From positions 1,736,001 through 1,800,000 of the forward strand of contig NW_027117346.1 in the NCBI RefSeq assembly GCF_038025025.1: DNA of 64,000 nucleotides, given 5' to 3'. Shown here one piece after another: positions 35,317 to 47,422 of the stretch. Every line of letters begins with the position of its first letter. The stretch's first letter is position 1. Both the position numbers and the translations under genes were made by a program. The notes beneath the pieces are model-generated. The model had not been told where the DNA came from. It was given only the letters and a program-made list of their open reading frames with translations, and ran no database searches. Origin of the DNA: Phyllosticta citribraziliensis. Its lineage: Eukaryota.

Positions 35317-38300
35317 TTAATATCGAGCATGTTCCTGCCAAGCTGCACTGGCCAAACCTTGAATCTTGTCTCTCTTAACGTCATCCGGCAGTGACCTGTA
35401 AAGCCAACGCCGCGCCTTCTTCATCAACAGATCCAGAAGTTGCTGTTGTTCGCCAAATCTTTTCTCCAAGTAGACGAGTACCAGAGCCGTTTGTACAATC
35501 CTTGCCACATCGCTTCTTTCAAGCTTAACGCCGGCGACTTCCTCCTCCATCTGCTGCATTTTGTCTGCGGAAAAGAAACGCTCGAGAAGTGTCACTTTCT
35601 CGACAGTCATCTGCCAGTACCCTGAGATGGAGATAGACTCGACGAGGTCGTCCAAAGTGAGTTCCTCTGGAGGCGGAGGAAGAAATGCAGGTTTGTGTGA
35701 GCGGGATGGCGTATCTTCTTCCAAACCGACCGCTTCTCCGTCGGTCTGCTTAAGCAGTTTGTCCAATTGTTCGTTGACGACTCCCTCCTCAGTGCGGTTG
35801 TGCGGCCCGTACGACTCCTGTTTCGACGGAGGGGTATAGTTAGGCGGAAGTGGGCGGACAGACGGGAATTTGGTGGTGATGCAGAGGTCGTAGGGTTTGG
35901 TATTGGGCTGCAAAATGGCATTTGTCGACGGCCTCCTTACGCTCGAATTGGAACGGTCTCCCGCAGAAGAAATTGACAAGTTGCCCGTGCTTTCGACAAA
36001 GTGAGATTTCCGCCTCGAGGGCGGCGAAAAGTTGTTCTCAATCTCGGGATAAGACGTGTGGTCCAAAGGACGTTGTTCGGGAATTGCAGGCTGCGTAGCG
36101 CCTACGTCAATGCTACTGAAGTGACCAGACATTGCATACTTGCGATCAGACCAGCGTCCCTTCGTAATAGAGTGACCCGCTGGACCTGAGGGACTAGCTG
36201 GACCTCGATTCGAGTGGCCACCTTCGGACGACTGAGGACTGTCACCAGTCGCGTGAGCTTCATTACTGGATGTACTTGCTTGTGCTGCAGCGGATTTGTT
36301 CCGAGCAGCTATTAGTGCTTCAGTGGCATCTAGACCTGCACTGTTGTCGTCCCAAAGACGACTTGTCGGTGAAGTTTCTCCGCTCGAGAGCGGACTTATT
36401 TGCAGAGTTTCCCCAAAGTGAGAGAAATCTGTTCTGAAAGCATTCCCACCAAGACTTCCAATACACCTCTTTCTGCGACTCGCAGTGTCATTGCCAGCGT
36501 GCGTGTGGCCAGTACCAGTAAACTGGACGCGTTTCTCATGAGGCGTCCGAGTCGGAAAGCCATGATTCATAACACTGTACCGAGCTCTGGTCAAATCCGA
36601 GTTGCCGGCTTGATCTGGTTGAAACAGCTGTTGAAGAATTCTGGTCGTCTGTCGCTGTTTGGTCTCATCATCCACGGCGACGAAGCTGGTCCATTTGCTC
36701 GCAATCAACCACGCTTTACCAAAGCAGACTGCCTCTTGCTTGATGGCGTCGTGGAACTCAGAGGGTTTTCCCTCGCGCAGTGGTTTCAGCTGCTCCGAAA
36801 ATGGCCAGGCAGTCTTGTTCTCCAAATCTGTGACGGCTTTTTTGATGGCAAGTGGATGGATCGCCTGTGGTATCTTGTCCAGTATCTCGGGAATCAGAGT
36901 GATTTGCGCTTGTTCGCCTGTCGGCAGTCTGGCTTTGATTGTGACTCTGTCTCGATATGCTTGTTGTGCCCCTTTGCTGAGCAAGAGATAGACCGAGGTT
37001 CTTGAAAGCGTGTGTCCGTTTGGGATCCTGAATGGCGCTTGTATGGTCGAGGGAAGCTCAACATTGAGGAGCTTCAGACCGTGATCGTAATAGTAATTGT
37101 TGCCGTCGATGGATTTATGTTCTGCTCCAAGATCACCTCCCACCTCAACAGTGAGTTCCCAGCTTGTTGGATTCATACACTGAGCGAGCAAACAGGTCAC
37201 CCTGGATTTCCAGTCTGCTCCTGCATCGGTGAGAACCACTTCGGACAGACCGCCTCCGTTGGCTGCTATCCCATCGACGAGAGCGTGGGAGACTTCGTTG
37301 CCTATTCCAAGGCAGAAGAAGTGTATTCCATGGTTTTTGTGGGCATCGTTTACCAGATTCACGATCAAGTCGAAATTCCAAAACTCTCCATCAGTTATGA
37401 CGAAGATGCAAGTTTCGGAATTTTTCTTTGACCGCTGTGTTGCAATGTCCAGTGCTGCAAAGAGATCCGTTCCTCCCATGTCTGCCTTCAAGTTTTTGAC
37501 CGCGGAACAGGCAGCTTCCTTCGTCTGCTCATTGAAAGGCTGAGACTCATCCCACAAGAAATGTTGCCAGGTTCCGAAGAGGCAGACATTGAAGAAGCTA
37601 TTCTCTGGCAGCCCACAAACACACACCTCCAGAGCGCGCCGGAGATCTTCAACTTTACTCCTCATCGAGCCGGAACAATCGACCACAAAGATGATCTCTC
37701 CCGTAAAGTCGTATGTCATCTCTATCTGAGACAAGAAGTCTCGCGGTGAGATGCTCACCATCATGGCGCAATGGTCCTCAAGAGAAGGGTGGGGCTCCAC
37801 GATGGCTACTGATTGCGATATGGGCTGTGCAAGGCTGACGCGGTGTACAAAATCGCATCCGAGGCTGGCTTCATGACCCTTGAGCTCAACATGGGCCTTT
37901 GTCGGGTCGTATTCTCCCGGCTTGAGATTTGCTAGTCCTCCACTTTGGCTCTGTTCACGAAATTAGTTTAACATAACTTGGGAAGCAGCTGTTCGGAACG
38001 ACCTACAAGAGACCCAATGCGTAAAGAGGCGCCCCTGTGTGACTGGCAATTCTGGCCCAAAATCGGAAAAGGCATTGAGATGTCCACCAAGATACTGAGC
38101 CCACCAGCATCAACGCTAGACCCAATGCCGTCCCCGCTCCACCCGTCTGGAGACTGTCCAAACCGTGGAGCAATAGAGGTTGGGAGCGTGAGAACCACTT
38201 CGGAAGGTTGCGACGTCTGTTCAACCGCTGAGTCGACCGTGAGTTCCCCGACATAGACAAGCTGCACTGTCACAGTCTCGTCAGGCGGAATGTTGCCCAA

Positions 38301-38861
38301 ATTTACCTCGAATATTTCAACAGTATGCTCCTCGAGGATTGCAGCAGCTTTGCTTTCCTCGATTGCCCGGTCGAATTGAGTTCTTGCCTCCTCCTTGGAC
38401 TCTATCCGTGTGACGAGCTCCTTTTTCTTTCCGATTTTGCAGCGAAATGAGCGAATGACGCTCCCCGGGAGTAGTGGAAACGCATATTTGGCCTTTTTAA
38501 TCACCGCCTGTGACCGATTCTCAAATATCTGGGTCAGGACCGTTTCTGCTAGAAGCGTCTTGACCGAAACTTTTGCCGAAACCCTTAATACAGGTAAATG
38601 TGTCGGCTGACGGGCTGTAGGCGGCTTGAACTTTTGGACATGTACCTTCGTTGGGGGCTGCCCAGGTATAGGAGGCAATCCAGTCTCGTTGCGAAGGTGA
38701 TGGACTCCTACGAAGAAGGCACCATCGTGTGGCGCAGGAGCGTCGAGTACTTCTGGCGTAACGAACTCCTCTTGTTCCCGGGGGTCGAAGTAGAGTCCTG
38801 AAGGAACATGGTCAAACAGACCGCTGCGCAAATACCGGTTGGCGTGGATATAGCCACTCAT
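35317..38861 (-). CDS. VIT + von Willebrand A domain protein (VWA5A-like), intron 37951-38006
   Basis: VIT: LTQIFEN...YAFPL..GSVIRSFRCKIG, EARTQFDRAI, IFEVNLGNIPP, LPTSIAPRFG. vWA MIDAS: EIIFVVDCSGSM, ADMGGTDL, VITDGE, FCLGIGNEVSHALVDGIA..GGG. Also SKWTSFVAVD and a C-terminal helical domain. Confidence 0.9.
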
Positions 38862-39126
38862 GTTGAGGAGGATAGTCCTGACTCTGTGCAGGAGAGTACG
38901 AAAAGGAGAGAGTAAGAAAGACAAAGTATTTTGTGGAAGGCTCCAGGGTAGACAAGGCTGTTAAAAGGGAGAAGACAGCCTCACGAATGCAGTGCAACGT
39001 AGCGTGCTGCGCCCCAATGGCCCCCAGCCCACGAAAGTCTCGACATAAGACTGGATTCCCTTCCCACTTCCGACCAGCCCCAGCTGAAAAGTCCTTGCAG
39101 AAGTCGTCGGAAAGCTCGAATCAAAA

Positions 39127-41087
39127 ATGTCAGTCCAGATTGGAGATGTCATCGCCCTCTCCCAGCTTGCCTGGCGACTCGGAAAAATGTTCACAACGGA
39201 ACGAAAGAATGCTCCCGCTAAGTTTTCAGAAGTCGAGGACCAGTTCTACTCTCTCTCCATCGTGCTGAAAATCTTGGCCGAGAATAAAGCCCTCGCCGAA
39301 ACAATTGAGAAAGATAATCGCCTGGGTCGCATGATAATCAACTGCGAGACGTCGCTCAAGGGCCTCGAAGAATTCCTCCAAGAGTATAGCGACGTCATAA
39401 CACCAAAATCTCGCCGTCTTCAAGACAAGTTTGTACAAGAGTGGAAAAAACTCAAGTGGACGCAAAAAGGTGGGGATCTGGACGCATTGAAGGAAAACAT
39501 AAAGACACATTACCAGGCCCTTGGTGGAATTCTCTCTGTGATTGGCGCGACCCGAATGGAGGAAATTTCATCAAAAGTCGGCGAAATGTACGACTGGTGG
39601 GTGAAGTGTCTTCAGAAACCAGCCAAAATCAGCAGTAGTCCCGGAGGCCAAGAGCCCTTGGTCTGCATTTCCGAAAAGTCAGCTCGAGGCGACGGTGATG
39701 ATTTGCTGTGCCCGAGAGCTCAAATCCGGGTCGAATGTCTTGAGGAAGAGGAATTGATTGGATCGCGTCTGTTCGACTGCGCCTGCAACAGTAACGACCA
39801 TTACGTCAACGTTGAGAGTCTCACAATCCTTTCAAAAAGCGTTCTTGTCAAGTCGATAAAAGACAAGCCAACCTGGATGCTTTTCGTCCACTCATCGACC
39901 AAAGGAAGAGAAGTGGAGTTGACGTTGACCGCGTGTTCGGTCTTCTCGATGAATAAACTGGAGGAATTCATATCCCGTTTTGCTTTTCGACAAGGCATGG
40001 CTTCGACCCTTTACTCCGACTCACTGTGGGCGCACCGCTCAACGTCGAGTACCGGGGAGGAAGTACTCTGCGTCATCAAGGCTCAGAGCAACGTTTCCCA
40101 TATCGAAGATCAGATCAAGGGATTTAACTTTCGGTCGACCGAGACAGGTGGGCAATATTTTGCAGGGGCAATCGACTCCGTCCACCTTGTTCAATACTTC
40201 TTCTTTTCGTGCCCGCAAACGGAGACCGATGGAGTTGACAGCAGGTGCGCTGAACTGATTTTCTTCGAAGAGGCGGATACTTTCGAGTCCCGGCCGTTGA
40301 GGCAATTCACTGTCAGAGGTAAGAACCTCGGCCGTGTGTGAGTTGGCGGCTGATTTTTGGCTGATTTGGCTTGCAGTACAATACGATACTGACGTTGGAC
40401 TCGGATCCAATTCAGCAACGGTTATCATGAGCGATGTCTGCTGTATTCAAGAATCCGAGGCGGGTGGTACCACAACACAGGCAGACGTAGAAGTGGGGGT
40501 CAAGTCTTCTGACGGTATGTCCCAGATAGTGTCCTTTGAGGTCGAGACTGATAGAGGTTCGTTGAAGCTGGCCAAGACCTTCTTGATACTATCCGTCTCA
40601 TGCAAGCAGAGCTTTGGATATCATACTTGCGGGGCTGTCGAAACGGAGAAGTGGCGGAATCCAAAGGGTAAGAAGATGACAAAATTCCTTGCCTCGATCA
40701 TGAAAATCTGACCAAGAGCCTAGACCCGCACCAGAATCGGTCTTTGGTAAACATCACCTGGTAGAGCCCAGTGTTTCGGAGGTCTTCGACACGATTTCCA
40801 AGCGAAAGAGACTTGTAGTATCAAACAAGGCCGGATCGCTCCACGCGTGCATAGAGCGTAAGTTGACGTTTGGAATCTGTGTGGCCGATTCCAGAGCTGA
40901 CTTGTGGGTAGCAGCAACAGGCTCGAGTGACGCCCAGATATTCGAGATCCACGTTGTGCTGATGGGCCCTGATCGGATCATCATCGACAAGGTCGAAAGC
41001 TCAGCGCCGATGCGGGCTCCTGCTGACTGGGGTAATTGCCACATCTCCCGATTTGAAGATCTGGTAGTTGACACTTTCCAGATATGA
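39127..41087 (+). CDS. fungal N-terminal (HeLo-like/NACHT_N-type) domain protein with uncharacterised C-terminus, multi-exon
   Basis: N-terminus MSVQIGDVIALSQLAWRL...APAKFSEV...LSIVL...CETSLKGLEEFLQEY...WKKLKW...LKENI resembles fungal STAND N-terminal domains. Plausible GT..AG introns near 40319, 40515, 40667 and 40858 join the frames to a stop at 41087; this exon model is tentative. Confidence 0.65.
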
Positions 41088-41498
41088 ATTTCTTGGTTTG
41101 AGGGCCTTCTTTCGTCGTTGTCCCTGAGCGGAGGCCAACTTGACGGTGTCACGAGGAGAGAGTTTTCAACCGCGGTGCTGGGATACAAAGCCAGGAATAT
41201 GCAGGCGGGACAGGACCGATCGAGTAGGGTAGAGTGGGCGAGCCGACTTGGTATTAAGACAGAGCAAACAGATTTGAAGGAGACTTGTCGAGGTTCAACT
41301 GAAAGAAGGAATATTGGGGTATATCCATTGGTGAAACGTCCATGCCACATGCCCATCTAGTACTCGTGAAGGGGAAAAAGTAAGAAAGAAAAGAAAAGAA
41401 TCGGCCGTAAATGGGATTCTCCTACCTCTTTCTCCGCACATGATCGATCGAACCCTGGCGCCTGTCCTTTTCTCTTTTTTGCTCCCCATATCTGGAAA

Positions 41499-42914
41499 TC
41501 AGACGCCGTCGCCGAATGGATAGTTGAACTTGAGCAAACCATTCAGTCCACCAACCCAGTGATCTTCTCCCTTCTCTTGAACTCCGCTCAATCCGCGCAC
41601 AATGCTGGGTACGCCGCCCTGAACTTCACCCCTGCCTCCACCTCTGAATCCAGCCAGCCCCACGTCCTCGCCCGTTATTCGCACCTCGCCGCCCCTTGCC
41701 AACGGCTCCTCAAGTCTCTGCCCGTCAACACTGACATCAACGCCCTCGCTCCTATTCTTTTCCGCCACCCGCAAAACGACTTCTGCGTTTGCTGGCAATA
41801 CCAAAGGCCGAAAACTCAGACTGCGCGGGCAAATGGGCGTCAGGACCAGACTCGAGACCAGTGGGTGGACGATGCATCCGCCGGAGCTGAGAGAGTAGGC
41901 GGTGCTACCTGTGGGCGATGCGACAATGAGACCATCTGCAATGGCGTCGGTCAGATGACGGCCGTTTACCGAGATGGAAATGTGGCAAAGATGCGGCGCG
42001 CGGCCGCGGTGCATGATGATCTCATTGAGGGCGTAGAGAGGCTGAGGCGCTTGTAATTTGCGTTGGGCAAGGGTTTTGGCGGTCGCGAGGGTCAAGGGGG
42101 TTTTGGCAGACTTGGAGGAAGAACTGGCGGTTGGGGGAGAAGGAGGGTGGACAGAGACCTGGAGTCGGTGACGGAGCAGTATGCGCGCATGTCGATTGGG
42201 TCCCATGAATTTACCGCGGAACGAGGCCCATGGGTCTCCATCAGAATTGGTTGGAGGCGGTGTTGGGACGTCATCGGGATAATTTCTTTCCAGCGTCTGT
42301 TCCAACGCGGCGCTTGCACCCGACATGTAGACCTCGCGGAAGGCACGCTTGTATTCTCCAAACTTCCACTCTCCCAGGAAGCCAAGGGTGCCCATGCTAA
42401 ACGCCAGGATGGGAGGCACGCGCTGCACACGGCCGTAGAGACTGGCGGCATGCAGAATTGTCCCGTCGCCTCCCAGGGTTGTGATGAGATCTACATTTTC
42501 CTGCAACACTTTTTGAGCTTCGCTGTTCGACTGCGGCAATGAATAGACGGGCGAGGGAAGCTCGGTGTGGACGGCGCTAGCGACGCTTGGCTCGAAGATG
42601 AGGTTTATGGAAGGATATGTATTTTGGAGGTGGTAGCTGAATTCGACGAGAGACTCTGTAATGTTGGGCGACTCTTCCTTCTTCATGACAAGGACGTTGC
42701 GGAGCGGCGCGGGCCACTGGACGCCGAGGAGGTCATTTTGGTGGTTGGCTGAGGTCGCGTGAGCACATGATGAGCAGAATGGCGCGACCAGAACAGTACC
42801 TTGGTAGGAAGGGAATCTCCTCGCAGGAAGGGCGTCGGGGCGAGGCAGCTGGATCACGTCGAGGCGTCGGGCGGTGGTCGAAAAGGCGCGCGCAAAGGGC
42901 CGCAAGCGCAGCAT
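41499..42914 (-). CDS. POS5: mitochondrial NADH/NAD kinase
   Basis: Presequence MLRLRPFARAFSTTARRL; LGGDGTILH, MGTLGFL, ALNE, ADGLIVASPTGSTAYSLSSGG, TPICPRSLSFRPL, LLKFN; likely 51-nt intron 42749-42799. Confidence 0.92.
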   Translation of the reverse strand: MLRLRPFARAFSTTARRLDVIQLPRPDALPARRFPSYQGTVLVAPFCSSCAHATSANHQNDLLGVQWPAPLRNVLVMKKEESPNITESLVEFSYHLQNTYPSINLIFEPSVASAVHTELPSPVYSLPQSNSEAQKVLQENVDLITTLGGDGTILHAASLYGRVQRVPPILAFSMGTLGFLGEWKFGEYKRAFREVYMSGASAALEQTLERNYPDDVPTPPPTNSDGDPWASFRGKFMGPNRHARILLRHRLQVSVHPPSPPTASSSSKSAKTPLTLATAKTLAQRKLQAPQPLYALNEIIMHRGRAPHLCHISISVNGRHLTDAIADGLIVASPTGSTAYSLSSGGCIVHPLVSSLVLTPICPRSLSFRPLVLPANAEVVLRVAEKNRSEGVDVSVDGQRLEEPLARGGEVRITGEDVGLAGFRGGGRGEVQGGVPSIVRGLSGVQEKGEDHWVGGLNGLLKFNYPFGDGV

Positions 42915-43426
42915 TTTTGAGAGATGCGTCGGTCAAGTCAGAGGAGGCTCAAGGAGCGCAGAGGAGGGCGGGGGATTGACAGCTGCAGGGGCAGGGGGCG
43001 CCCATGTTTTGTGCGAGGTTGCGCGGCAGAGCTATGGCAGGGAAGGGAGACACTGCAGGCAGGGCAGGGCTTGGTGTTGAGGCTCACTGTTTGGTGTTGC
43101 TGATGTCAAGCGTGGCCAAAGCTCCCATCTTCACCAACGGAACCAACCCAACTTGCAACCATCCACAACACCGCGACTCCCGGCCATCGCCGCCGACTTT
43201 CCCTCGCCGCCCTCCTCAAAAGCTCCTCGACCTGCCTCTCGTCCCTCCCCGATCCTTTGTCCGTACCATGCCGTGGCCCCCGGCCTGACACCTCGCCGTT
43301 CCTACAACAGTCACGAACACCCCCACGACTCACGCACGCCTCGACTGCTCACGCGACGCTCACCGCCCACCTCTTTTTATTCTTTGCCCTACCCTCGGCC
43401 GCGTCCCCCATCTCTACCCGCCCCTC

Positions 43427-44914
43427 ATGGATCCCAACGGCCTCAAGCAGAGACACCACGCTCCCGAACCCAAACCCATACCACCAGAGGATCTGCAGCG
43501 GCATGGGATGGCCGACACGGCGCCGTCCTTGCAGCACCCCGCTGGGCCCGTCAAACATGGTGGGGCCATGCAGGCGTTGCGCATGTCACTGTTCGGCCTC
43601 TACTTCCTTGGCAGCTGCCTGTGGTGAGTGTAAACCCATGCTTACTTGCTCGTAGGACTTTCTTAACCTCGCTGCTCGGCCTTAGCATAAACGTGAGCCA
43701 GTTACTTGGCGCCCCTCTATATTTTTACAACAAAGACTGGTACTATGCCTGGATGGCAGTCACCAAGCAGCACTTTGGCCTGCTCATTACCACCATGACC
43801 CAGTGGTGGAGCCCCACCGTCGTGCGCGTGAGCGGCGACGAGAGCATACGCGGTCAGCTTAGACAAACCGAGGATGGCAGGCTGGAATGCGACTTTACAG
43901 ATCGCATGGTTCTCATCGCCAACCACCAGGTGAGCTTGCCCTTGACAGCCAGTGGACTGCACTAAGAAATCAGATTTACACCGACTGGCTCTATCTGTGG
44001 TGGATTGCCTACACTTCGCGCATGCATGGCCACATTTACATTATCCTCAAAGAGTCCCTCAAATATATTCCCATAATCGGCAACGGAATGCAATTCTTCA
44101 GCTTCATCTTTCTCTCGCGCAAGTGGGCAAATGACAAGCCCCGCTTCCAGCACCGCCTCCAAAAGCTCAAGGCGCGACACAAGGGCCCTCTGTCGGGCGA
44201 GCACGAACTCGACCCCATGTGGTTGCTCATCTTTCCAGAAGGCACAAACTTGTCCAAAAATGGGAGGGACTCGAGCGCGAGATGGGCAGCAAAGACGAAC
44301 CAGCCGGACCTGAGGCACGCCATGCTTCCCCGGAGCACTGGATTGCTCTTCTGTCTGCAAGAGATGAAAGACTCGGTCGAGTGGGTCTATGACTGCACGA
44401 TGGCGTACGAGGGGGTCCCGTAAGTGTCTCAAGGGCGCAAATCATCTCCACTTTTTCAGTATCTAACCGTGCATCCAGCCGCGGGGAATACGGCCAGGAC
44501 CTCTTCACCCTGAAATCCACCTATTTTGAAGGCCGTCCACCTCGCTCCGTCAACATGTACTGGCGCCGGTTCGCCATCAAAGACATGCCTCTTGATTCAC
44601 CTACCGAATTTGAAAAGTGGGTTCTTGCTCGCTGGCGCGAAAAGGATGACCTGCTCGAGGAGTTCCTCCAAACCGGCCGCTTCCCCGCAGACCCCGAAGG
44701 CCCGCGCTACGAGGTCGCAGGACCCCGGCTCAATGGCATGCCAAAGTTAGATAAGAGCGTGGAGAGGAAGAATCGCGGCTACATTGAAACAGAAGTAAGG
44801 CCTGGCAATGCTGCCGAGTTTTTGCAAATCTTTGTTCCAGGGGCAGCTGCCGTCTTGGTCGTCAACGTTGCGGTCAAGGTGATCAGGCTTGTTTCCAGGG
44901 TCATGGGAGCATGA
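43427..44914 (+). CDS. lysophospholipid acyltransferase (CST26/LCLAT1-like)
   Basis: ANHQ|IYTDW (NHxxxxD), ILKESLKYIPIIG, FIFLSRKW, LIFPEGT, LPRSTGL, W..KDDLL; three introns. Confidence 0.9.
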
Positions 44915-45727
44915 TTCGTGCTCTCTCTACCTTTCCTGGTTGATCTAATCATTGCTGTCTTGTCGTTTGGGAATACAAGGAGTCTGGCGAAACAGGCAGC
45001 ATCATCTTTGTGGAAACCACGGCAGCGGTGGCGCCAGCTGAAGTTGTGGGATTGGCATTTCTGCTGCCGCTGCGTGTCTCCACCAAAGATTCGCACACAT
45101 ACCCAGTTTTGTGGTTCCTTTGCATCACACGTTGGTCGACTGCTCTTGCTGCCGTTGATGGGACATGGACGATAGTGGGTGGATACTTCGTTGCTTGGCT
45201 GTTTGTATGGCTGGGAATTGGTTCGGTCTGCTTCTCTTTTGCTATTGGGTCGGTCTCTGATGCTTCTTCCGCTCGGTTCGGTCGTTCGTCTGGGGTTCTT
45301 TGGGAGTAGACACAATTGCTTGCGCACTTTCTTGTCTGGTGCATGAAGACAAGATCGCCTACCAGGCAGGGGTTAGGCAGATAGGCCTCACGCGAGGCGG
45401 AGCGGGGTGGAATGGAATATCTCGATTACTGCCCATCGTTCTCTCCCTCTCTCCATCGCAGCAGGTGTTGAAAAACACAGAGTCCGAGAACGAGAACGAG
45501 AACCTGCTCGATTCTTGACGCAACTTACAACTTTTAGCTGAACGCCCAAGGACCATTCTTTCAGCACCAAGGCAGAACACGGGTTAGCATGTACCGATAA
45601 TACCTGGCAATGCCTGTCAAAAACACCTCGGTGGGAAAACAAAACCCCCCCTTTACCTTTGACTCCAAACCGAAGGCAAAAACAGACCTCCATTTTGACT
45701 ACTCCTGAGTCAACTCCTCGCGCCCAA

Positions 45728-47422
45728 TCAAGCGCCAGCTCTGCCCCTTCTCCACGACCTCAACCTCAAAGGCCGTCCGATAAAGACAAACGCCAGCACC
45801 GCAGTCACCGCACTAATGCCCGCCACAACAGCATTCATATTACCATAGCCAATACCATCCTTGAGGGCGCCAGCCAGAAGCGGACCGATCGTCAGGCCGG
45901 CACTAAACACCATGCTACTGACGCCGTACAACTGCGCGTACGGGCCATCGGCTCCAAAAAACGTGGGGTTGTGCTCGTGAAACTTCTTCACGATGGATCC
46001 GGCTTCCACAATGCTCGGGGCAGACGTACCAGCGAGACCGGCGCCCGCGAGCAAGAGCAGAGATGCCCAGATGGCGATCTGCTTCTTCTGGTCGGTGCAT
46101 GAAGATGCTGCGGCGGCGACTTCGAAGAGTTCCTGGCTGGACGAGGTGGACGACGCAGAGGGGCACGGTTTGGGGAGGCGGAGGAGAATTAGGATCGGGA
46201 CCAGATAGAGGTATGAGAGAGTCGCGACGGGCTTGGTGCCGAAGCGGTCGACGGCCCAGCCGAACAGGGGGCCGAGGAGGAAGTCGGAGACGCCCAGGGG
46301 AAGGAAGAGGAGCCCGGCTTTGAGAGCTGGGAAATTGTAGTATTGTTCGGCGACGGTGGGGATTGTCTGTATTTGGTTAGATCATGTCGAGAGAAGAGGC
46401 TTTTGGATAACTGACCGCGTCAAAAGTACCCAGTATCGTTGCTTGTATACCAGATACAATAAAGGCGGTCACGAGGCTGGGATCCTTCAGACATGGCAGG
46501 AGCTTGATCTTGCGCGCAATGGCAGGCTGATCAGGTGAAATCTTGTACTGGTCCGCCTCTTTTTGACCAAGGAGAGAAGTTTCCTCAGTGACACCCTCTT
46601 CTCGCTCTTGGTCCTCTACGTGATCTTCATCGTTGCTGAGTGTCTGCTGAAGGTCGCCCTGGGTTGGATCTTGAGTTTCGTATCTAGCAGCCACCTTCTT
46701 TTCACTGACCAGGAGTCGCATGGTAAAATCTACGGCCAGCAGTGCGAAGCCAATGCCGAAGACTCCAGCATATCCGCTCTTTTCGTACAGGACGCCACCC
46801 AAAACTGGCGCCGCGAGATTTCCGACCGAGATGAAGCTGAAAATCTACATCATGTCAATTACTGCTGCAATGCCGAAGCAACAAGAATACTGCCAGGGAC
46901 TCTCACCGAGCCGATAGTCTTGCCCAAGTTATCGCTCCCAACCGTCTCCAGACACAGCGCCAAGCCAATGGTCCACACAACGGCAGCACTAATGCCCTGC
47001 AACACTCGTGCGACCACCAAAACAGCGATGCTCTGTCCCACAAACAAAAGCATCGTGGCGATGAGCAGGCTCACTAGGCCGAGGAGAAATGGGGCTTGCC
47101 GCGTGCTGACACGATCCGCCAAGAAGCCGGCCACGGGAGAGAACAGCACACTGGCCGCGGCATAGGCAGTTAGGAGGCCGGAGACCCATGACTGGACCTG
47201 CGACTGCGGTATGCCGACCCGATCTTCCAGCATGAATGGGAGGATGGGGACGATGAGGCCGTAGAGGAAGAGGTCGGTAAAGAGACCAATGGCCACGGTA
47301 CTAACGATGAACACAGAGTTGGTGCGCCATTTTAGACCGAGAGGTGGTGTGGAATAGTCGGAGAACCATGTCAACTGCAGCGTGTTGGCGAGCTTCTGCC
47401 ATAATGGAGCAGAAGGCGCCAT
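45728..47422 (-). CDS. MFS transporter (vesicular amine transporter/DHA-like)
   Basis: FTDLFLYGLIVPILPF, GFLADRVSTRQ, ARVLQGISAAVVW, GGVLYEKSGY, GWAVDRFG, AQLYG..SMVFSAGLTIGPLLAG; two introns. Confidence 0.88.

Noticed and set aside
37801..38006. Apparent break between the VIT and vWA ORFs suggesting a frameshift or pseudogene
   Set aside because: Resolved by a canonical 56-nt intron (GTAGGT...ACTAAT...CAG, 38006-37951) that restores the frame.
45010..45309. 99-aa hydrophobic ORF after the acyltransferase
   Set aside because: GTG start, lies in a T/G-rich 3' UTR region, no family resemblance.
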